DNA of 64,000 nucleotides from a virus. Both the position numbers and the translations under genes were made by a program. Shown here in pieces: positions 57,978 to 64,000 of this stretch (the stretch's first letter is position 1; each line of letters opens with the position of its first letter). The stretch is taken from IMG/VR virus record IMGVR_UViG_3300042309_001504, positions 58,443 through 122,442 of that record, one strand, 5' to 3'. The notes under the pieces are model-generated. The model ran no database searches and was not told the origin of the DNA. It saw only the letters and a program-made list of their open reading frames with translations.

Positions 57978-58642
57978 TCTAAAAACTCTAATTCTATTTC
58001 TCCATCTTTAATTATTAAATACGAACAATCTTTTTCTGTCCAGCACCCACTATTAGCATACCACACAGAATGGCTTTTGTCAATCATTGGATGATGAGTA
58101 TGTCCTAAACATATAACGTCAATACCTTTTGATACTGCATATTTACGAGAACTATTAACCATATTTTCTGTGCATCTTAAATATATTTTGGATCTATTCT
58201 TAATAAATTTAGGTAGGAATCTTTTATCGAATCTTTGGATTGTTCTATATAAATAATCTGCTACCTTTGTGGTTTTAGGATACTTATATATAAAATCATC
58301 AAATTTATCACCATGTAAACATAATACTATTTTATTTCCACTCACAAAAGAGTATTCGTCTTTAAAATCTACTCCTATTAAGTGAGAAATAATCTCAGCA
58401 TCGCCGTCATGGTTTCCTCTTATCCAAACTATTTCAGTATCTTTACTTAATGTTCTAAGCAAAGATAGTATATTCCAATGATTCTTTTTTAGTCTGCGAA
58501 AATCTAAATTATCAAACAGATCGCCATTGATAATCAATCTATTTGTTTTAGAATCTATCAACTCTAAAAAATCATATAGTTTTTTACTTTCGCAAACATC
58601 ACTACCCAAGTGAATGTCGCTAATTATGATAGCATCATTCAT
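57974..58642 (-). CDS. Metallophosphoesterase, LpxH-like
   Basis: ISDIHLG, NGDLFD, RGNHD, LHGDKFD, GHTH, NSGCW. Confidence 0.88.
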   Translation of the reverse strand: MNDAIIISDIHLGSDVCESKKLYDFLELIDSKTNRLIINGDLFDNLDFRRLKKNHWNILSLLRTLSKDTEIVWIRGNHDGDAEIISHLIGVDFKDEYSFVSGNKIVLCLHGDKFDDFIYKYPKTTKVADYLYRTIQRFDKRFLPKFIKNRSKIYLRCTENMVNSSRKYAVSKGIDVICLGHTHHPMIDKSHSVWYANSGCWTEKDCSYLIIKDGEIELEFLE

Positions 58643-59567
58643 ATTGAATAACGTCGTTATTATTCCTGCTTATAAAGGCAGCGAAAGTTGAGGCGGATAC
58701 ATTTTCATTAATAAATCTTGATGATCCATCTGCCATTACAACAACCATGCCACCAGCATGAAAACTATTTGGTTCACTATCATTATTACAATTCATAATA
58801 CAGGTTCCGGTACTTCCGGTAATATTTAAATTACCAGTGGTTTTATCTGATCCATCAAGAGAACCAGCACCACCGTCTGGATCAATCCAACCATAACCTT
58901 CCGGCCTTGGTAAAACTATGCTTCTACTTTTGCCAAGCACAAACCATTCTGGCCTTCCAGCACTTTCCATTGTTAGTATTGTTTTAGACATACCATCAAC
59001 CATTTCTGATTCTCTAGTTGGTCCCGTTCTATTTAAAGAACCCTCAATATCAGCACCGGGATCGGGCAATCCATTAGCAGTATAAAATGCTCGACGTATT
59101 CTGTGCATAACAATATAATCAGAAGGCCCAAGTGATTTACCAATTATATTTGTTGGGGCTGTAGCATCGGCCACTATTCGTGGATAACCTTTACTACTAG
59201 GACATATAAATAATGGTATGGTTTTTTGCCCATTAGTAATATTAACTAATGAATCCCATCTTTGGTTGATATCATATAATTCTGCTAATGATCCTTCTTC
59301 AAAAAATGGTAGTAAAGAAATGCACCAACTTGTTGGACTATTTGTGCCATCTAATGGTCTTGATCGTGGAAAAGATTTGCGAATAGACATATGATTATGG
59401 AACGCTAATCCTTGTTGTCTAGCATTATTTAGGCACGAACTTCGTCTGGCTGCTTCTCTAGCACTTTGTACTGCTGGTAAAAGTAATCCGATTAGAACCG
59501 CTATGATTGCAATAACAACCAATAATTCAACAAGTGTAAATCCTTTTTTCTTCATTATATTTCTCAC
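58635..59567 (-). CDS. DUF1559 prepilin-type protein with H-X9-DG motif (planctomycete-type)
   Basis: GFTLVELLVVIAIIAVLIGLLLPAVQSAREAARR...C.NN; FHAGGMVVVMADGS. Confidence 0.95.
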   Translation of the reverse strand: MRNIMKKKGFTLVELLVVIAIIAVLIGLLLPAVQSAREAARRSSCLNNARQQGLAFHNHMSIRKSFPRSRPLDGTNSPTSWCISLLPFFEEGSLAELYDINQRWDSLVNITNGQKTIPLFICPSSKGYPRIVADATAPTNIIGKSLGPSDYIVMHRIRRAFYTANGLPDPGADIEGSLNRTGPTRESEMVDGMSKTILTMESAGRPEWFVLGKSRSIVLPRPEGYGWIDPDGGAGSLDGSDKTTGNLNITGSTGTCIMNCNNDSEPNSFHAGGMVVVMADGSSRFINENVSASTFAAFISRNNNDVIQYE

Positions 59568-59670
59568 ATAGGAAGGATATATGGCGGGATTGGTTTACAA
59601 TAAACCAATGGTATAATATAATATTTTCAAAAACACTCTTTGTGTGTTAGAATTGTGTTAGAATCTAATT

Positions 59671-60114
59671 TTATACACAATCTTTATTCTTACAACTGTT
59701 ACATAGAGTAATTATCCATCCTCCTTTATTTGGTTTGCCGCTATTGCCACAAACTTCACAGATTTTATAACTCATTTCTTCCGCCATGCTTACAATACCT
59801 TCTACATAATCATCGCCACCACTAAAGTATATGCGAAGTCCACCAAACTTTTCTTTTATTTGATCAAACTTAACAGGGACATAATCTAAGTCTGATTGAT
59901 CATTTGGTGTACCACATTTATTCCTTACCGCTATTCTTTCAGAGATATTTTGTTCGTGCTGAAATATTCTCCAACAAATAGAGGATAATATTTCATACCA
60001 CCCATCGTTACACTCGATACCCCAATACATACATGATTCCATGCGAGATTTAGTTCTATTAGAGAATAGTTGTGGATATTTTTCAATTAAAATATTTTGT
60101 AATTCTTGATTCAT
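59671..60114 (-). CDS. Hypothetical phage protein
   Basis: GIECNDGW, QIKEKFGGLRIY, ICEVCG...GWIITLC. Confidence 0.75.
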   Translation of the reverse strand: MNQELQNILIEKYPQLFSNRTKSRMESCMYWGIECNDGWYEILSSICWRIFQHEQNISERIAVRNKCGTPNDQSDLDYVPVKFDQIKEKFGGLRIYFSGGDDYVEGIVSMAEEMSYKICEVCGNSGKPNKGGWIITLCNSCKNKDCV

Positions 60115-60116
60115 AA

Positions 60117-60347
60117 TTATATCTCATCTATATTTATCATTAATACTAATTTCTTATTTGTATCATCATCAATATAAAATGTGTCACAACCATATTCATC
60201 ACCAGTTTCAGCATTATGTATTGTCACTGTTTTATTCCAATCAAACTGACCAATATTATGTATACTATTTGCTTGCTCATTCAAAAAGTTATATAATTCA
60301 AGCCAAGTCATTATTATCTCCAATTGGCAAAGGATTACCATGAACAA
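60117..60347 (-). CDS. Hypothetical protein
   Basis: Likely start MTWLEL. Confidence 0.5.
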   Translation of the reverse strand: MFMVILCQLEIIMTWLELYNFLNEQANSIHNIGQFDWNKTVTIHNAETGDEYGCDTFYIDDDTNKKLVLMINIDEI

Positions 60348-60555
60348 TATCTAGTTTCTTGTCTGATGATAAGACACAGAAATAACTAGCACAAATCTTT
60401 CTTTTTACTAAGGAGTCAATTTCATCTTCACAATAAATATTGATTCTATATCTATTAGAATATACATTATTAATTTTTGTTAAAAAATAATTTTTTGGCT
60501 TGTTGACCTGTTGAAATAGTAAATATTCAATATTGTCTACAGTGTTCTGATCCAT
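60298..60555 (-). CDS. Hypothetical protein
   Basis: NVYSNRYRINIY...SYF. Confidence 0.55.
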   Translation of the reverse strand: MDQNTVDNIEYLLFQQVNKPKNYFLTKINNVYSNRYRINIYCEDEIDSLVKRKICASYFCVLSSDKKLDIVHGNPLPIGDNNDLA

Positions 60556-60557
60556 AA

Positions 60558-61139
60558 TTATATTGATCCTATCTTTGTATAACCTAGTGAAAAATCATTA
60601 TTATAGTAGTCATTAACAGTATCTAGAGTTTGTTGATCGAAATATTCCATAATATCTTTTTCGTATACAGATTGATTTATGATTGGTAATGGTTTGTATT
60701 CACAATTAATACGCTTACATATTTGCTCAAAATCTTTTTCTAAATTTTCAAAACGACCAACAAACTTTGCAAGATGTAAACAATTAAATGGATGGGTTTG
60801 TGGTAATGTATGATGTCTAACGCTAACGTTATAATTTTTAAAAGTATTTCCGCCCCTAAAACCTATAGATTCATCAGTAACTATAGTTAGAAAATCTTTT
60901 AAGGATAATTGAGGCAGATTTTGCCAATCTCTTGTTAACATTTTCCAAGCAGAAATCAATCTATTGTAAGGATTTCTGATAAAAGCAAAAGAAAAACAAT
61001 GAGCATATCTTTGTGGAATTTTACCTTTAAATGGACCATTATACTGTCTATTGAAAAATCCTTTACGAATAGATAATCCTCCAGTTTTAGGAATATGTAT
61101 AAAAACACAATCGTATTCTGGTATATAAAAATTAGACAT
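60558..61139 (-). CDS. Sulfotransferase family 2 protein
   Basis: FIHIPKTGG, RNPYNRLIS, GRFENL, DFSLGY. Confidence 0.88.
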   Translation of the reverse strand: MSNFYIPEYDCVFIHIPKTGGLSIRKGFFNRQYNGPFKGKIPQRYAHCFSFAFIRNPYNRLISAWKMLTRDWQNLPQLSLKDFLTIVTDESIGFRGGNTFKNYNVSVRHHTLPQTHPFNCLHLAKFVGRFENLEKDFEQICKRINCEYKPLPIINQSVYEKDIMEYFDQQTLDTVNDYYNNDFSLGYTKIGSI

Positions 61140-61357
61140 TATCTTGCTCTTTTGTTTGCCCTATGTAGTTTACGAATAGTTTCAGTAGCATTAGCCGGAA
61201 CCATAACCAAACTAGGTGCTGTTTTATGTCCCCAATCCATAAATCCTACCGCTCTACTTTCAACACTACATTCTTTGCATATAATTTTACGACCAGTTTC
61301 TAATAGAAACTCATAACGATCAATTCCAACATCAGTTTTACAATAAATACAGTTCAT
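61139..61357 (-). CDS. DksA/TraR-like C4 zinc-finger protein
   Basis: CIYC...RYEFL...CKEC. Confidence 0.6.
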   Translation of the reverse strand: MNCIYCKTDVGIDRYEFLLETGRKIICKECSVESRAVGFMDWGHKTAPSLVMVPANATETIRKLHRANKRAR

Positions 61358-61367
61358 AAGTACCTCA

Positions 61368-61395
61368 ATTATACCAAGATTGTTGAACGTGTCAA
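61368..61395 (-). promoter_or_regulatory. Sigma70 promoter
   Basis: TTGACA-CGTTCAACAATCTTGG(16)-TATAAT. Confidence 0.8.
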
Positions 61396-61824
61396 GTCAG
61401 AATAAAAAATATCATTAGAATTATTGGTAAAATAATCTTCGTTTGTGCTATAAAAAACATTATACAATTCAAGAGCATCAAGAATTTTTTGACAATTCTT
61501 ACATGGTTTGCTCAATAGTATTCTTCCTTCTCTATTAATCCTAACAACAACAATCTTCCAATTAGTATCAATGGTATCATAGCGATCCAGCAATTTAGAA
61601 ACAAGATGACTTTCAGCATGAACAAATGGGAATTCCTTATAAGTAGAAATATTAAATCGTTCACCCATCTTAAATGCTTTGGCACTAAATCGGATGGGAT
61701 TATTACCAGCAAATGCTATCATCTTATTATTATCAAAAGCAGCAGCATAGTGATAACAACGAATAAGAGGATGGGGCTTCCAACTCTTATACGATCTTTT
61801 AATCGTCTTATCCAAAATCTTCAT
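61369..61824 (-). CDS. Zn-dependent deaminase-fold protein
   Basis: VHAESH and SKPCKNC; start moved to MKILDK. Confidence 0.75.
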   Translation of the reverse strand: MKILDKTIKRSYKSWKPHPLIRCYHYAAAFDNNKMIAFAGNNPIRFSAKAFKMGERFNISTYKEFPFVHAESHLVSKLLDRYDTIDTNWKIVVVRINREGRILLSKPCKNCQKILDALELYNVFYSTNEDYFTNNSNDIFYSDLTRSTILV

Positions 61825-61858
61825 GAGTGTTTCCAAAAGATTAGCGGTCCATGCCACC

Positions 61859-61887
61859 ATTGTAGCACAGACTGCTTATCGGGTCAA
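61859..61887 (-). promoter_or_regulatory. Sigma70 promoter with extended -10
   Basis: TTGACC-CGATAAGCAGTCTGTGC(17)-TACAAT. Confidence 0.75.
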
Positions 61888-61901
61888 TAGGTAATTGACC
61901 T

Positions 61902-62099
61902 TTAATCTTTTTTTGTTATGGGTCTATAGATAGAATCGTTATCTGGTCTTATATGAAAATCATCTTTACTATTAGTTAGTTCATTTTCATAAAGATCAAT
62001 ATCTGTTGGACAAATAGAAGGCATAGGTATTTGTGCCACACTTTTTTGTGTTGGTGCCTCTGGATTTAGTCTTATTCTTTTAGGTTCTGGAGTTTTCAT
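61902..62099 (-). CDS. Small hypothetical protein
   Basis: 65 aa, abuts the upstream small ORF. Confidence 0.5.
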   Translation of the reverse strand: MKTPEPKRIRLNPEAPTQKSVAQIPMPSICPTDIDLYENELTNSKDDFHIRPDNDSIYRPITKKD

Positions 62100-62100
62100 C

Positions 62101-62247
62101 TTATTTACTCGCCAACAAATACAGTCCTATATTACTAAATGAATACCCCAAATATGCTATAAACATACCAGTATTACCTTTATATAATTGTTCCAAAGAT
62201 ACATAAAAATATAAGCAACCAGTAAAAGCGATTAACCACGCACTCAT
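62101..62247 (-). CDS. Small two-TM membrane protein
   Basis: Not in the ORF track: MSAWLIAFTGCLYFYVSLEQLYKGNTGMFIAYLGYSFSNIGLYLLASK; ATGA-coupled to uvsE. Confidence 0.7.
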   Translation of the reverse strand: MSAWLIAFTGCLYFYVSLEQLYKGNTGMFIAYLGYSFSNIGLYLLASK

Positions 62248-63158
62248 ACTAATATTCCTTTATATATTTGTTGATATTTTTCTATTGCTAGGTCTTTTGC
62301 TTTCAATTCCATATCCACATCAAAATCCAATCCATAAGTTTCAAATGGAATCTCAGCGTAATCAGCATGAGCCCTTGGATTATTTCCGGGCCTACTTTCA
62401 CTATAATGAAAAAGCGGACGGGTTTGCCAAGTATCATAACACATATTGATTGCTTCAACTTCTGTGGTATTATTTGGATGACATTTATGATGCAGATAGT
62501 CGAAACAAATTGGTATACGGGTTATTGGATGAAAAATATCTACTAATTCACGAACACTCCAACAATTAAGTTTATCATCATTTTCGATAGTCATTCGTTT
62601 TTGACAATTTTCATCAAGACGTTTGAAATTTTCATAAAATCTATGACTAATTTCTTCGCGTGTTCCATTATTATTATGAACATGAAGATTCATAGCGGCA
62701 TTTGTATTTGCTGGCAAACCAATCCTATCAAAAAAACTACTATAAAAGTTTAGTTCAACAATAGTTTTCTCAATAACTTTAGGAGTTAAACTAGATAAAC
62801 TATTAAATTCGCTGGGATGACAAGTTACGCGAACAGTAGAACTGGATATTGTTGATTGTATATTATCAAATTCATCTTGAATTTCATCATGATTAGGCAA
62901 ATCTTCCAAACTAACATTAGCCTCATCATAAGTTATAAGAGGAAAAATATCACTACTAACACGATAAGTATAATTATGTCTGGAACAAAATCTAATAGTT
63001 TCATTCGTTACTTTCAAATTATTAAGAATTCTTTCGCCAAGAATATTTAACGCTTCTTCTCTTGGCAAAGATGAAAAGCGTTTGTATGTCATAGTCTGAT
63101 GACTAAGACCTTGTTCTTTAAGTTTGAGACTAATGCAGCATAGGCCGAATCTAATCAT
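62244..63158 (-). CDS. uvsE: UV damage endonuclease
   Basis: GLCCIS, YRVSSDIFP, HP, TIENDDK, FDYLHH, HYSES, AHADY, ELKAKD. Confidence 0.93.
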   Translation of the reverse strand: MIRFGLCCISLKLKEQGLSHQTMTYKRFSSLPREEALNILGERILNNLKVTNETIRFCSRHNYTYRVSSDIFPLITYDEANVSLEDLPNHDEIQDEFDNIQSTISSSTVRVTCHPSEFNSLSSLTPKVIEKTIVELNFYSSFFDRIGLPANTNAAMNLHVHNNNGTREEISHRFYENFKRLDENCQKRMTIENDDKLNCWSVRELVDIFHPITRIPICFDYLHHKCHPNNTTEVEAINMCYDTWQTRPLFHYSESRPGNNPRAHADYAEIPFETYGLDFDVDMELKAKDLAIEKYQQIYKGILV

Positions 63159-63176
63159 ATATGTTCCTTTGTTCGT

Positions 63177-63204
63177 ATCTTACCATAGTATCGGCGTTTG
63201 TCAA
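63177..63204 (-). promoter_or_regulatory. Sigma70-type promoter
   Basis: TTGACA-AACGCCGATACTATGG(16)-TAAGAT. Confidence 0.75.
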
Positions 63205-63212
63205 GAAAAACT

Positions 63213-63821
63213 TTAATTCTTACTACTATGATAGTTATACAGTTGGTTGATTTGATCAATAATATTTTGTGGAGTATGCTTTTTCAAAAACTCATTATCA
63301 TTATCAGTAATATATGCTTGTAGTTCATCATTTATCACACTCTCGTCATATCCTTTATTCAGGATATATTCTATAGATTTTTTAAGTTCTTTTTTGTATT
63401 TTTGACATATAAGATCTATATCTATTTTATACTTAACAGAATATGCAAATAAAGCATGAGATAGTTCGTGTCTTAATGCGGATTGATCTTGTGCTCCTAT
63501 AATATAAAAATTATCATATCTATATTTTAGTAAATCTAATAAAGTAATTTCTTCTTTAGTTAACGGATCAAATAATCCTTCACGAAATGGTTTCAATACA
63601 CTGCTCGGAAAATTAAAACCAGACCAATCCCTAACATAAGTATCTGCTCCATATGTTATAGAATACCATGACTTTAATTGACCTAAAGTAAAAATTTGTG
63701 ATTTAAATTTTGGATTCTCATAGTATTCTTGAAAACGTAAAAAAGTATTACTTAATTCTTCTTGAGAATCAGCGGAAATCCATATACTATTGAAAGGTTG
63801 TTTTTTAATTGTAAGAGACAT
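63213..63821 (-). CDS. Zincin-motif hypothetical protein
   Basis: FLRFQEYYE, WSGFNFP, HELSH, DELQAY. Confidence 0.6.
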   Translation of the reverse strand: MSLTIKKQPFNSIWISADSQEELSNTFLRFQEYYENPKFKSQIFTLGQLKSWYSITYGADTYVRDWSGFNFPSSVLKPFREGLFDPLTKEEITLLDLLKYRYDNFYIIGAQDQSALRHELSHALFAYSVKYKIDIDLICQKYKKELKKSIEYILNKGYDESVINDELQAYITDNDNEFLKKHTPQNIIDQINQLYNYHSSKN

Positions 63822-63830
63822 TTGATCAAA

Positions 63831-64000
63831 TTATTTCCAGCCTAATGCTTCACTAATTATAGGAAATTGTTCCACAAAGATTTTTTTACAATCATTTGCT
63901 ATATCCATATGTTCTTTTTGTGTTCCATGTCCTGTTCTTAATTGTATATAATGAATCCAACTTCTAACCGTACCATTCATATATAATTTTGTTGGAGTTG
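63831..64000 (-). CDS. thyX: Flavin-dependent thymidylate synthase, C-terminal part
   Basis: [34 protein letters not shown]...; truncated by the window edge. Confidence 0.88.
   Translation of the reverse strand, partial: TPTKLYMNGTVRSWIHYIQLRTGHGTQKEHMDIANDCKKIFVEQFPIISEALGWK

Noticed and set aside
59643-59664. TGTGTTAGAAT direct repeat, two copies
   Set aside because: Two copies are too few to call an iteron or origin
918-63050. Many short plus-strand or alternate-frame ORFs in the track (e.g. 918, 5472, 10021, 22497, 50613, 52683)
   Set aside because: They are shadows inside well-supported genes, with no RBS or motifs
1-64000. Stop-codon reassignment, as seen in some large phages
   Set aside because: Conserved genes are full length in code 11; TAA, TGA and TAG all end genes; no suppressor tRNA was seen
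1-64000. CRISPR array, integrase or transposase
   Set aside because: No regularly spaced repeats or recombinase motifs were seen by eye

Overview
This AT-rich, gene-dense window is almost all minus-strand and looks like part of a large lytic dsDNA phage genome. The host is probably a planctomycete, because it carries DUF1501 and DUF1559 prepilin-type genes. No capsid, terminase or DNA polymerase gene is recognisable here. Gene content: (1) recombination and repair (RecA/UvsX, RuvB, endonuclease VII, HNH, ATP-dependent ligase, UvsE, HhH glycosylase); (2) nucleotide metabolism (class II NrdJ, dCMP deaminase, GuaC, partial ThyX, PhoH); (3) rIIA/rIIB, a sigma-70-type factor and ClpP; (4) a block of small membrane proteins around a papain-like protease; (5) a large, dispersed glycan-modification set (about 10 glycosyltransferases, 5 sulfotransferases, 5 methyltransferases, Glf); (6) tmRNA, tRNA-Leu(CAA) and an unexplained tRNA-like RNA. 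The most notable observations are a volactin-like actin next to a membrane-anchored partner, RuvB paired with a Zn-ribbon/RuvA-domain-III protein instead of full RuvA, a MCGAT word in the spacers of 9 of 11 sigma70-type promoters, a second GTGTAT promoter class, and several intact but catalytically degenerate enzyme folds. All family calls come from recognising motifs by eye; no searches were run.
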